Below are positions 8,875-16,858 of a stretch of DNA of 32,000 nucleotides, piece after piece. The translations under genes and the position numbers were made by a program. The notes under the pieces are model-generated. The model did not search any database and was not told the DNA's origin. It saw nothing but the letters and a program-made list of their open reading frames with translations. Where the stretch lies: contig NZ_AFPU01000001.1 of the NCBI RefSeq assembly GCF_000220175.1, positions 685,512-717,511 on the forward strand, written 5' to 3'. The number at the start of each line of letters is the position of its first letter. The first letter of the stretch is position 1. Origin of the DNA: Nitrosarchaeum koreense MY1 (GTDB lineage Archaea; Thermoproteota; Nitrososphaeria; Nitrososphaerales; Nitrosopumilaceae).

Positions 8875-9070
8875 TTGAGGGGTTTAGCTTTTACGCATGA
8901 CAATAAAAGATGACACATGTTTAGCTGGGACATCTGGGTGGTTTTGTGGTTGCTTTTCTCTGCTAGGCACAAGTGTTAACCCCCCCGTCAAAACGACCAT
9001 TTTTGATAAAATCACGTTATGACTAAACATAGTATTTTTCAAGGGGGGTTTAACGCATAGGCGTAATTTT
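8875..9070. other. GC-elevated non-coding island with long-range inverted repeats (candidate structured RNA)
   Basis: It is visibly more G/C-rich than its flanks. A C7 run (8980-8986) sits inside GTGTTAACCCCCCC (8973-8986), complementary to GGGGGGTTTAACGC (9043-9056). A second inverted pair is ATGTTTAG (8917-8924) / CTAAACAT (9023-9030). I see no convincing protein frame. Confidence 0.3.
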
Positions 9071-9169
9071 GATAAATTCAAGAATTTGCGTAATTTTTTT
9101 TAATTTTGTAGTCTAAATGAAATTATTTGTCTAAAAATCGTCGATTTCATATCCTGAAAGTTGATCAGA

Positions 9170-9661
9170 CTAGAAAGTTTTCATCAAAAACCTAGATGTT
9201 TTTTCATGCAATTCCGATACTCTGTTTAGCGCATCTAGAACAGTTTGCTGGTTTATGTTGTCTTTGTCATCCAATACGACAAATACCCCTACCTTTTGCT
9301 TACCATCTTCGGTAACAATTCTATTAATTGCCTGTATTGAATTGCAATATTCTGCAATTCTTCTCTCAAATTTTTCTTTTTCATCTTCTGTAAATCCCAA
9401 GTATCTTGAAATTTGGTTATCTTTCATTATCACTTTTGCTCCTATGACAATTACTCCTGGTTGAGATTTTGGCTCAAAAATCTCCGCAGGAATTCCGTAT
9501 TTTCCTGCATGCTTTACTAGGATTTGAAATGTATTTTCGGTATTTTTCATATCCTCAAATGAGAGACCTTCATGAATTAACCATCTTTCCACATTATCTC
9601 GCATTCTTGAGGTGCCCATCATTTCATATCTCAGACTAGTTCTATATGATTCTAAATTCAA
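9170..9661 (-). CDS. conserved archaeal hypothetical protein (DUF2299/YbjN-like, tentative)
   Basis: 163-aa ORF from TTG 9661; an ATG-ATG pair at 9622/9619 is an alternative start. The pattern VERWLIHEGLSFEDMKN..FQILVKH ... VIVIGAKV resembles DUF2299-type proteins. The family call is from memory only. Confidence 0.6.
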   Translation of the reverse strand: MNLESYRTSLRYEMMGTSRMRDNVERWLIHEGLSFEDMKNTENTFQILVKHAGKYGIPAEIFEPKSQPGVIVIGAKVIMKDNQISRYLGFTEDEKEKFERRIAEYCNSIQAINRIVTEDGKQKVGVFVVLDDKDNINQQTVLDALNRVSELHEKTSRFLMKTF

Positions 9662-9684
9662 GTATCTGCCTGTCTGAATTTATA

Positions 9685-9711
9685 ATATTTCTAAATTCGA
9701 ATTTAGAAATA
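9685..9711. repeat. palindrome ATATTTCTAAATTCGAATTTAGAAATA (copy 2 of 3)
   Basis: Identical to 7455-7481; positions 9686-9711 form a 26-bp perfect palindrome. It lies 45 nt after the stop of gene 9757-9981 and 24 nt upstream of TTG 9661. Confidence 0.95.
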
Positions 9712-9756
9712 ATCAAAATCTACGCCTGTTTGCAATGGATATTCCATGCATGTTTT

Positions 9757-9981
9757 TTAGATATTGGCATTAAAAGTTGGCGTAAACTCTGGCATCTGTG
9801 CAATGATTATGATGTTGAGAATTAATCCAACTATTCCTAAAATTATCCCCAGATACAAGCAATTTTTTGCTTTTCTAGGATCATCACGTCGCAAGATAAA
9901 GTATGCAATTAATCCTCCAATCCATCCTAGAAATATCGGTAAAACATACCACCCATTGCTTCTTGATTTTATATTTTCCAT
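9757..9981 (-). CDS. small two-TM membrane protein
   Basis: 74 aa with an ATG start. It has two hydrophobic helices (WYVLPIFLGWIGGLIAYFIL and LYLGIILGIVGLILNIIIIA) separated by a basic loop RRDDPRKAK. Confidence 0.7.
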   Translation of the reverse strand: MENIKSRSNGWYVLPIFLGWIGGLIAYFILRRDDPRKAKNCLYLGIILGIVGLILNIIIIAQMPEFTPTFNANI

Positions 9982-10025
9982 TTTGTTTTCAAACTTGTAA
10001 ATCTGCTAATAAAATTCCTTCACTT

Positions 10026-10265
10026 TTAACCAGTTTTTTTCTGGATTTGAGTTATCTCTATCTCAACTGTCTCAAGAGGATCATCTACCTGGTTTCGTCT
10101 AATTGAGAACATTTTTGGTTTTTCAAAATCCTCGGTACAATCAGGACATGCATATACTAGTACTCTGTGTTCGTTTGGTGCTTTTGGGTTGGATAATCTT
10201 GGATAATACACCAGTCTGGCCCCACAGTCAACACAATATCTGTTGGCCCTTCTAGTTCTGACCAA
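10026..10265 (-). CDS. small zinc-ribbon protein
   Basis: 79 aa with a TTG start and two CxxC pairs (CVDCG ... CPDC). Confidence 0.55.
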   Translation of the reverse strand: MVRTRRANRYCVDCGARLVYYPRLSNPKAPNEHRVLVYACPDCTEDFEKPKMFSIRRNQVDDPLETVEIEITQIQKKTG

Positions 10266-10353
10266 TGTAATCCTCCTGCATTATACTAGATATGCGATCA
10301 TCTATTAGATCTAACCTGTCTAATAGAGTAAACCAAATAGTGTCAATCGATCA

Positions 10354-10380
10354 ATATTTCTAAATTCGAATTTAGAAACA
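10354..10380. repeat. palindrome copy 3 (ATATTTCTAAATTCGAATTTAGAAACA)
   Basis: It shares the identical 25-nt ATATTTCTAAATTCGAATTTAGAAA with copies 1 and 2; the perfect 22-bp palindrome is at 10357-10378. It lies 74 nt downstream of tRNA-Asn and about 90 nt upstream of the start at 10265. Confidence 0.95.
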
Positions 10381-10454
10381 TTTGTAAATGATATGTATAA
10401 TTTTAACATAATTTGCTGAATGATGATTCAAAATTTGAGACTAGAGATAAGAAG

Positions 10455-10528
10455 CGCCTCCCATCAGACTTGAACTGATGACCATCCGATTAACAGTCGG
10501 ATGCTCTACCACGCTGAGCTAGGGAGGC
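10455..10528 (-). tRNA. tRNA-Asn (anticodon GUU)
   Basis: Hand-folded 74-nt cloverleaf on the minus strand. Acceptor GCCTCCC/GGGAGGC, D arm GCTC-AGCGTGGTA-GAGC, anticodon arm TCCGA-CTGTTAA-TCGGA, variable loop TGGTC, T arm ATCAG-TTCAAGT-CTGAT, discriminator G. There is no intron and no encoded CCA. Confidence 0.93.
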
Positions 10529-10598
10529 ACAAGTTTGTACCTTAGTAAAAGCGATTTAATCCTTGCGCCCATCGACTTTATCTTAAACTCGAATGTCT

Positions 10599-10886
10599 TT
10601 AGTTGAATTTTGCAAAGAATTCTTTAATCTCTTTGGAATGATTTTCAACAAGTTCAATTATCTCCATATGTTCATCTGCTGTCGGTTCACGTTTGTGTAC
10701 AATCTGAAATGCACTTAATGCAGAACCTACCATCTCTCCAACAAAAAACCCACAAAGAAAATCTCCTACATTTTGACAATTCCAAAGTTCTCCTACTCTT
10801 GGTGATGCACCAGCTGTTTTGTATAACTCTAAAGTTTGTTCAATTAATGATGAAGTCTGTTTTGAAAATTCAGGATCAAGGGTCAT
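10599..10886 (-). CDS. hypothetical protein (95 aa) directly downstream of uL6
   Basis: ATG-start ORF 25 nt after the uL6 stop on the same strand. It is predicted helical and I recognise no family. Confidence 0.55.
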   Translation of the reverse strand: MTLDPEFSKQTSSLIEQTLELYKTAGASPRVGELWNCQNVGDFLCGFFVGEMVGSALSAFQIVHKREPTADEHMEIIELVENHSKEIKEFFAKFN

Positions 10887-10911
10887 GAGGTATAATTGAT
10901 ATTTGGAAATC

Positions 10912-11469
10912 TTACTTTTCTATTCCTTTTTTCTTCTCATATACGTAAACGCCATCTAAGAAGACTCTGTGATCTTTGTCTTTTACTTTACTGCGAAGCT
11001 CGATGTTTGCAGCTGTTTGAGTAATGTGATTCCATACCTCTCCTGTTAAAATTACATCTTCGCCTTTTGGAACTACTTTTGTGTTTCCTATGATTTTTGT
11101 AATTCTAGATGATCTCTCCCCTTGGAAGTTTTCAATTAAAACAGTTCTGTCTTGTACCTTTACTGTAATTGGAAAGTGTGCAAATGCTATTTTCATTTTA
11201 ATTGTATATCCAACTACCAAACCTTCGCAAAGATTTCTGATGACTGATCTTGCAGTATGGAGTATGGAATAGTCTCTTTTTCTATATCCTTGTGATTTTA
11301 GTATGACTTTGCCTTCTTTGATTTCAATGTTTACTGGAATGTTTCTAAAGTTTTTGTGAGTTTTACCTAGTGGGCCTTCAAAATGCATCATGTTTTTCTT
11401 TAATGTTACTTTAACCCCTGCTGGTATATCTACCACTTCTTGGAATTTTTCAATTTGCTCAGTAGACAT
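10912..11469 (-). CDS. rpl6: 50S ribosomal protein uL6
   Basis: 185 aa in the canonical position after uS8, with the two-domain uL6 pattern (IPAGVKV..., FAHFPI, GYRKRDY). Confidence 0.94.
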   Translation of the reverse strand: MSTEQIEKFQEVVDIPAGVKVTLKKNMMHFEGPLGKTHKNFRNIPVNIEIKEGKVILKSQGYRKRDYSILHTARSVIRNLCEGLVVGYTIKMKIAFAHFPITVKVQDRTVLIENFQGERSSRITKIIGNTKVVPKGEDVILTGEVWNHITQTAANIELRSKVKDKDHRVFLDGVYVYEKKKGIEK

Positions 11470-11851
11470 ATCCTATCAAAAATCCTCCCAATCCTTTGTT
11501 TACGGCATCATGATGTGACATGACTCCTTGATTTGTTGTTACTAGTAGCATTCCTCTGTTGTAAGCTGGCAAGTATTGTTGTTCCCAATCATTATACTCT
11601 GTATTTTTTACTTTGAATCTTGGTGAAATTGCACCACATTTTGTAATTTTTGCTAATAATTCGATTTTGAATTTTCCGCCTCTTTTATCGTCAATATGTT
11701 CAAACTCTCCAATGTATCCATCTTTCTGAAGTGTTTTGAGTACTTCAATTCCTAACTTTGAAGTTGGAAGAATTATGCAATCGCTTTTTCTTCTTGCTTC
11801 ATTATTGTATAAAGTTACAAATAGATTTGCTAAGATGTTCTGTGCTGGCAT
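11459..11851 (-). CDS. rps8: 30S ribosomal protein uS8
   Basis: 130 aa with N-terminal LANLFVTLYNNEARRK and C-terminal GGFLIGYVY, typical of uS8. It overlaps the uL6 start. Confidence 0.94.
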   Translation of the reverse strand: MPAQNILANLFVTLYNNEARRKSDCIILPTSKLGIEVLKTLQKDGYIGEFEHIDDKRGGKFKIELLAKITKCGAISPRFKVKNTEYNDWEQQYLPAYNRGMLLVTTNQGVMSHHDAVNKGLGGFLIGYVY

Positions 11852-11856
11852 TTATA

Positions 11857-12036
11857 TCACATATTTTTCCTAAAACCTAAAGATGTTGCTACTTCTCTAA
11901 AGCATCGTCTGCATAACATTAACTCATATTTTTGAATTACAGCTGTATAATCTCCACATCGTTTACACCATTTGGAACCTCTTCCAAAATCGTGTTTCTT
12001 TCTTCCAGTTGCTTCGTATGATCTATCTTTTGCCAT
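11857..12036 (-). CDS. rps14: 30S ribosomal protein uS14 (zinc-binding type)
   Basis: Not in the ORF track (59 aa). Hand translation: MAKDRSYEATGRKKHDFGRGSKWCKRCGDYTAVIQKYELMLCRRCFREVATSLGFRKNM, with CxxC...CxxC. Its ATG overlaps the uL5 stop by 1 nt, and it sits in the canonical slot between uL5 and uS8. Confidence 0.9.
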   Translation of the reverse strand: MAKDRSYEATGRKKHDFGRGSKWCKRCGDYTAVIQKYELMLCRRCFREVATSLGFRKNM

Positions 12037-12557
12037 TATACTATCGTGACTCCAAACTCCTTTACTAGATAATCCTTTGCTTCCTGACTTTTAATCGTGT
12101 GTGATTTTCCAACACTTGCTTTGTGTTTGCTTCTTTTTCTAATTCCATATCCTGGTCTTGTTAAAGTCACTGAAATTCCTAGACCTAAAATTCCAACTTG
12201 TGGATCATATTTTACTCCTGGTATATCGATGTGTTCTTTAATTCCAAATGAAAAGTTTCCAAAATTATCAAATGATTTACCGTTTATCTGATTAGCTTTT
12301 GCATCAAGTAATCGTTTTAACAAATCACGTGCATCTTGTCCTCTTACTGTAACTGCAACTCCTATTGGTTCTCCTTGTCTAACTCCCCATTCTCTTTGTG
12401 TTTCTTTTGCCTCACGTGCAGATGATTTTTTACCTGAGATATGATCCAGTGCTTTTTTTGCTACTACAATAATATCGCCCGATTTTCCTAAACCCATGTT
12501 TAGGACAACTTTTTCTAAAGTTATTTTCTTCATTGGGGATTCTGTTACTTGGGACAT
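12036..12557 (-). CDS. rpl5: 50S ribosomal protein uL5
   Basis: 173 aa in the canonical position, with uL5-like sequence (KVVLNMGLG..., FGIKEHIDIPG). Confidence 0.94.
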   Translation of the reverse strand: MSQVTESPMKKITLEKVVLNMGLGKSGDIIVVAKKALDHISGKKSSAREAKETQREWGVRQGEPIGVAVTVRGQDARDLLKRLLDAKANQINGKSFDNFGNFSFGIKEHIDIPGVKYDPQVGILGLGISVTLTRPGYGIRKRSKHKASVGKSHTIKSQEAKDYLVKEFGVTIV

Positions 12558-12561
12558 ATGA

Positions 12562-13278
12562 TCACTTTATTTGAATTAGAGGCTCCTGTTTTCCTACTAC
12601 TAGTATGATATCTGTTGGAATTTCGATCTTTCTATCGCCTAAAACTAGCACTACACGTTTAGGTAAAATGTAAGTTCCTTCTTCAATGGTTTCGATTGTT
12701 CCCATCTGTCCTGCGTTAATACCGCGAGTAACCAAAACATGTGCACCTTTTTCCAATTTTATAACTTCAAGAATTTTTTGATCTGGAATTTGAATTAAAC
12801 ACGTGTCTCCGACATTTACCTTGATATCTGAAATTGTCGAACGGCCGTCATGAAATCCTATTTGCATTCTGCCTTTGCTAATTGTTGTTTTACTTGTAAC
12901 TCTGACTAGTTTTTTTGTTTTTTCTGACTCTTTAATCTGTAATGGTTTTAGTAATTTTCCTTCCATTGGAACTAGACGATAAACTTCTGGAACATTTTCT
13001 AATTCTACAACATCCATCAATCCAATTGCATGATGAAGTGATTTTCTAACAACTCCGTCGATTTTCACTTTGCCAGAATAGATTGCTGCCTTTGCCTCTC
13101 TTAATGTTGTTACAATTTTTAATACGTCTCTTAGAAATACTGCAGTTGGTACTGAATATTCTTTTTTATGTGGTCCTGGTCTGACTGTAATTACAAATCG
13201 TTTGTCTTTTCTCTTAATTCCCCAGAATTGAGGGGCCATTTGTCTTTTGAGTTTTTTACTTCCAGATATGCTGACCAT
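12562..13278 (-). CDS. rps4e: 30S ribosomal protein eS4
   Basis: 238 aa with the N-terminal eS4 signature KKLKRQMAPQFWGIKRKDKRFVITVRPGPH plus a KOW-containing C-terminus. Confidence 0.95.
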   Translation of the reverse strand: MVSISGSKKLKRQMAPQFWGIKRKDKRFVITVRPGPHKKEYSVPTAVFLRDVLKIVTTLREAKAAIYSGKVKIDGVVRKSLHHAIGLMDVVELENVPEVYRLVPMEGKLLKPLQIKESEKTKKLVRVTSKTTISKGRMQIGFHDGRSTISDIKVNVGDTCLIQIPDQKILEVIKLEKGAHVLVTRGINAGQMGTIETIEEGTYILPKRVVLVLGDRKIEIPTDIILVVGKQEPLIQIK

Positions 13279-13724
13279 TATTTTTCAACTTCCTTTTTTC
13301 CTTTTTTAGGTACTAATGTTTCTTTAGTTGCCTCTTCTTTCTTTGTTTTTTCCACTGCTTTTGGTTTTTCAGTTGGTTTTTTGCCTTCTAATTTTGAAAT
13401 TCTCCATTTATCGTCTGTGTTTAATCCTGTAACTACAAGGTTTGATGTGTGTATGTAGACGTCAAATTTGTCTCCTTTTGTCTTTTCTTTTTTAACTCCT
13501 TCTATAGCTACACTGCTTTTCTTAGTGGAAACTTTGGATACTTTTCCATCTACTCCTTTGAACTCTCCTCTTACAATTTTTATGCTATCTCCTTCGATTA
13601 CTCTGACGCTTTTTTTACCATATTTTTTACGAAGATCATCTGATAATTGACTTCCAAGCTGTTTGCTTCTAGTATGAAATGTTGCCTTGTAGATCAAACT
13701 GTTACGCATTTTTGTTGGTTTCAT
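13278..13724 (-). CDS. rpl24: 50S ribosomal protein uL24
   Basis: 148 aa with a KOW motif ([23 protein letters not shown]) and a Lys/Glu-rich C-terminal tail. It follows uL14. Confidence 0.92.
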   Translation of the reverse strand: MKPTKMRNSLIYKATFHTRSKQLGSQLSDDLRKKYGKKSVRVIEGDSIKIVRGEFKGVDGKVSKVSTKKSSVAIEGVKKEKTKGDKFDVYIHTSNLVVTGLNTDDKWRISKLEGKKPTEKPKAVEKTKKEEATKETLVPKKGKKEVEK

Positions 13725-13725
13725 T

Positions 13726-14148
13726 TTATACCACCATTGATGCCAAATTAGCTACTCTTGGCCATTTTTCTGAAGCTTCTGCTGCAACCGGTCCTTTGAT
13801 GTCAGTTCCTTTGACTTCTCCTTCTGGAGTAATCAACACTGCTGCATTGTCTTCAAAGCACACTCTTACGCCATTTAATCTGCGAACTGCATATTTCTGT
13901 CTAATTATAACTGCACCATACACCTGCTTTCTTAATTCTGCAGGACCTTTTTTTACAACAACATTGCAAAAGTCTCCAACTGATGCAGCTGCTAATTGTG
14001 CATGTCTTGTATGATGTCTTTGTACCATAACAATCTCTAAAATTTTTGCACCTGTATTGTCCGCACATACTATTTGTGCTCCTATTGGAATTGCTTTTGT
14101 TACTCGAGGACGAAATTCTGATACTCCTTTACCTGCTTGTTTTGCCAT
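13726..14148 (-). CDS. rpl14: 50S ribosomal protein uL14
   Basis: 140 aa with the highly conserved uL14 pattern ([13 protein letters not shown]...). Confidence 0.95.
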   Translation of the reverse strand: MAKQAGKGVSEFRPRVTKAIPIGAQIVCADNTGAKILEIVMVQRHHTRHAQLAAASVGDFCNVVVKKGPAELRKQVYGAVIIRQKYAVRRLNGVRVCFEDNAAVLITPEGEVKGTDIKGPVAAEASEKWPRVANLASMVV

Positions 14149-14471
14149 TATGCTTTAACCTCTACTACTACATATGATACTGATTTTGATATTGGTCTAC
14201 ATTCTGCAGTCAATACATGATCACCGGTTTGAACATCGATGCATTCTGGTACATGTGCATGGATTGTGTTTTTACTTCTTGCATATCTTTTGAATTTTAG
14301 ATAGTAAATTGGTGATTCTTTTTGTAATGTGATTGTCTGTTTTGCTTTGTTGCTTGTAACTTTACCATCAAATAATTTTCCTCTAACTGATAGCTTTCCA
14401 TGAAATGGACAATGTGCGTCTGTGCATTCTCTGCTTGGTGCCTTTACTTTTAATCCAATGTTTAATGTCAA
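14148..14471 (-). CDS. rps17: 30S ribosomal protein uS17
   Basis: 107 aa with the archaeal uS17 N-terminus containing CTDAHCPFHGKLSVRGK and an OB-fold C-terminus. Confidence 0.93.
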   Translation of the reverse strand: MTLNIGLKVKAPSRECTDAHCPFHGKLSVRGKLFDGKVTSNKAKQTITLQKESPIYYLKFKRYARSKNTIHAHVPECIDVQTGDHVLTAECRPISKSVSYVVVEVKA

Positions 14472-14734
14472 GCCCTTCCTCCTATTCTGTCAAATGATCT
14501 TTTTGCAATTTGCATACCGTTTACAATAATATCTTTACCGTCTAAGGTAAATTTCCAACTATTGTTAGATTTTGCAATCATTTTAGTTCCATTTTTGGTG
14601 TCCATTATTATCATTGATTTTGTTTCATCTGTAATTGTTCCATTTAATCCTATAATTTGTGAATTAGATGATTCAGTGATCTCTGTGTGTAATCCAATTA
14701 ATTCATGTGATGTTATGTTTTGCTCTGTGATCAT
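14468..14734 (-). CDS. rnp1: RNase P protein component 1 (Rpp29/Pop4 homolog)
   Basis: 88 aa in the conserved archaeal slot between uL29 and uS17. It has the Sm-like pattern ELIGLHTEI...IIGLNGTITDETKSMIIMDT. Confidence 0.85.
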   Translation of the reverse strand: MITEQNITSHELIGLHTEITESSNSQIIGLNGTITDETKSMIIMDTKNGTKMIAKSNNSWKFTLDGKDIIVNGMQIAKRSFDRIGGRA

Positions 14735-14934
14735 TTCTTTTTCAACTCATTTACTCTAGTCATCATTCTTGCAATGTCGTGTCTTAATGGTTTTAATTTT
14801 CCACTTTCTTTTCTTAATGTTCCTTTAGAACCATCTACTCTTAGTTTTGCAAGTTCGCTTCTTGTTTCTTGAATTTTACTTTTAAGATCTTTTTCATTTA
14901 ATTCTCTGATTGTTTTCATCGATAGTCTGGTCAT
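14731..14934 (-). CDS. rpl29: 50S ribosomal protein uL29
   Basis: 67 aa with the helical uL29 pattern ([24 protein letters not shown]). Its start and stop overlap the neighbouring genes. Confidence 0.9.
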   Translation of the reverse strand: MTRLSMKTIRELNEKDLKSKIQETRSELAKLRVDGSKGTLRKESGKLKPLRHDIARMMTRVNELKKK

Positions 14935-15686
14935 AGTAGTTTTGCCTCCTCTTCCTCTAGTGTTTCAAGCTCCTTCATCTTTTCTTCTTCAATTGCAATT
15001 TGTTCAGATTCTGTTCTTGCTTTGCGTTCTACCTCTGTTTCGTCTCTCATCTTTCCAGTGTCTTTGTCTTTGATTTGTTTTGCTTTCTTTGGTTTTTGTG
15101 TTTTTAATTCGAATTCTGGAACGAATTTTTCATTAATTGCAATTCTTATTCTAATTCCGATTAATCCCATTGCAGTTTTAACGTGTGCAATATCCTCATC
15201 AACAATTACCTCTGCATGGTGTCCTGCTCTTGGTAAAATTCCTGCACTGTGTTTTTCAAATGCTGAACGATCTCCTCGTAATTTTCCTGAGATTGTAATT
15301 TGAACTCCCATAGCTCCATTATCCATAATTTGTTTTAATGTCCACATTGTAGCTCTTCTAAATGCTGTACCTCGCTCCAAGTGTGATGCCATTCTGTTGC
15401 ACATTACACTTGGTGATAGCTCTGGTTTTGCTATTTCAACTACTGATATCTGTGGATTTTTTAATTTAAAATCAGTTGCAAGTTTATCTGTTAATTCTCT
15501 AATTCCAGAACCTTTTCTTCCGATAACTATTCCAGGTCGTGTTACATGTAAGGCTACTCTTGTTCCCATCGGTGTTTTTGAAATTTCTGCATGTGAAAAT
15601 CCTGCATCTTTAATTGCTACTCTCAAGTAATCTTTGAGAAGCATCATGTTGTAGTTGTCTTTAATTACATTTTTTACGGCTGACAT
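14931..15686 (-). CDS. rps3: 30S ribosomal protein uS3
   Basis: 251 aa with a KH domain ([16 protein letters not shown]) and a long charged C-terminal extension. Confidence 0.95.
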   Translation of the reverse strand: MSAVKNVIKDNYNMMLLKDYLRVAIKDAGFSHAEISKTPMGTRVALHVTRPGIVIGRKGSGIRELTDKLATDFKLKNPQISVVEIAKPELSPSVMCNRMASHLERGTAFRRATMWTLKQIMDNGAMGVQITISGKLRGDRSAFEKHSAGILPRAGHHAEVIVDEDIAHVKTAMGLIGIRIRIAINEKFVPEFELKTQKPKKAKQIKDKDTGKMRDETEVERKARTESEQIAIEEEKMKELETLEEEEAKLL

Positions 15687-15687
15687 G

Positions 15688-16155
15688 TTATATCTCCTGT
15701 GCCACCAATTCTACATGTGTTAACACGTTATTTTTTGGAGTGGCCCTTCCCATTGCTCTTGGAATAAATCGTTTTACAATCACGCCTTTGTGAACTGTTG
15801 CGTTTACAATTTTTAATCTATCTAAATCCATTCCCTTGTATTCTGCATTTGATTCTAAATTATCTAATACCTTGATGAATTCTTTTACTGTTTTTTGTGG
15901 ATAACGACCAGACATCATTCCAGGATCTGATCTATGACCAACTTGATTGTTGAATCTTCTAAATGCAATTGCTCTTTCTTTATTGACTACTGCTTGAAGA
16001 TAGTCTCTGGCTCTTTCAATTGACAGTCCTTTAATTGCAACTGCTACTTCACGTGCATGTTTATGTGAGATGTCTTTTTCTCTTAGTGAAGAACGAACAT
16101 GTTTAGTTGCGTCAAAATTTTGGAATGCGTATTTGAATCTGCCCATGATAATCAC
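15688..16155 (-). CDS. rpl22: 50S ribosomal protein uL22
   Basis: 155 aa. GTG 16155 overlaps the uS19 stop (GTGA); ATG 16146 is an alternative start. Typical uL22 sequence ([13 protein letters not shown]..., HVELV). Confidence 0.93.
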   Translation of the reverse strand: MIIMGRFKYAFQNFDATKHVRSSLREKDISHKHAREVAVAIKGLSIERARDYLQAVVNKERAIAFRRFNNQVGHRSDPGMMSGRYPQKTVKEFIKVLDNLESNAEYKGMDLDRLKIVNATVHKGVIVKRFIPRAMGRATPKNNVLTHVELVAQEI

Positions 16156-16547
16156 TTTAATGGTACGTAGAGACTGGATCTTGATGCGCCGACACCCGGT
16201 GCACCATGTTGAACTCTTTTGTTTGTTATGACATATTCTCCAAGATAATGTCCTATCATTTCAGTTTTAATTAAAACTGGAGTGAATTCCTTTCCTGAAA
16301 AAATATTTACTGTAACACCTACCATATATGGTAGAATAATTAAATCTCTAGAATGAGTTTTGATTGGATTTTTTGTTTTTCCAGCTTTTGCGGATTTTAT
16401 TTCTTCAATCAGTTTTCTCTTGTCATCTGTAATTCCACGTGTAAGTGAACGTCTTTGTCTGGAATTAAATATTAAAAATAATTTCTCTAGTGACATGTTG
16501 TCTAGATCCTCTTTTGGTAATCCTCGATATAGAAATTCTTTGACCAT
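16152..16547 (-). CDS. rps19: 30S ribosomal protein uS19
   Basis: 131 aa with the conserved C-terminal IGHYLGEYVITNKRVQHGAPGVGASRSS. Confidence 0.95.
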   Translation of the reverse strand: MVKEFLYRGLPKEDLDNMSLEKLFLIFNSRQRRSLTRGITDDKRKLIEEIKSAKAGKTKNPIKTHSRDLIILPYMVGVTVNIFSGKEFTPVLIKTEMIGHYLGEYVITNKRVQHGAPGVGASRSSLYVPLK

Positions 16548-16591
16548 CTTACTTATCCTCTCTTTGTATTGGTGAAGCCTTATTGTCCATA

Positions 16592-16858
16592 TTATAGCAT
16601 TCCTATCTTTGTGGCCAAGTCTCTGGCTTTTTCTGTACTTTCAAATTGAACAAATGCCTTTTTACCGTAAATTGTTCTTGCTGTGTTTACTTGAGTAGCT
16701 TTTTGATTGTATAATGCATTTACAGCTTCAATTATCTGTGGTTTGCTTGCTGATCTCTCTACAATAAAGCAAATTTTGCTTTCATTTTCTACCATCGCAA
16801 ATGTTTTTTCAGTAATGTATGGTTTCAAAATAATTTTGCTTGCTTGATCTACGTTCAT
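16592..16858 (-). CDS. rpl23: 50S ribosomal protein uL23
   Basis: 88 aa with ILKPYITEKTFAMVE... typical of uL23. It overlaps the uL4 stop. Confidence 0.93.
   Translation of the reverse strand: MNVDQASKIILKPYITEKTFAMVENESKICFIVERSASKPQIIEAVNALYNQKATQVNTARTIYGKKAFVQFESTEKARDLATKIGML

Noticed and set aside
8884-9081. 65-aa minus-strand ORF in the GC island
   Set aside because: It has a TTG start, no recognisable domain and an odd composition, and it spans the inverted repeats. It is more likely a chance ORF in a structured non-coding region.
7455-10380. The three palindromes as a CRISPR array
   Set aside because: The spacing is irregular (about 2.2 kb and about 0.67 kb) with full genes between copies. 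There are only three copies and no cas genes.
7450-10530. Integrated mobile element or genomic islet at tRNA-Asn
   Set aside because: A block of small orphan genes next to a tRNA is suggestive. However, I found no integrase, transposase or replication gene, and no direct repeat of the tRNA 3' end by eye.
15106-15115. AATTCGAATT, the core of the intergenic palindrome, inside the uS3 coding region
   Set aside because: Only the 10-bp core matches and it lies within a well-supported CDS. This is most likely chance in AT-rich DNA.
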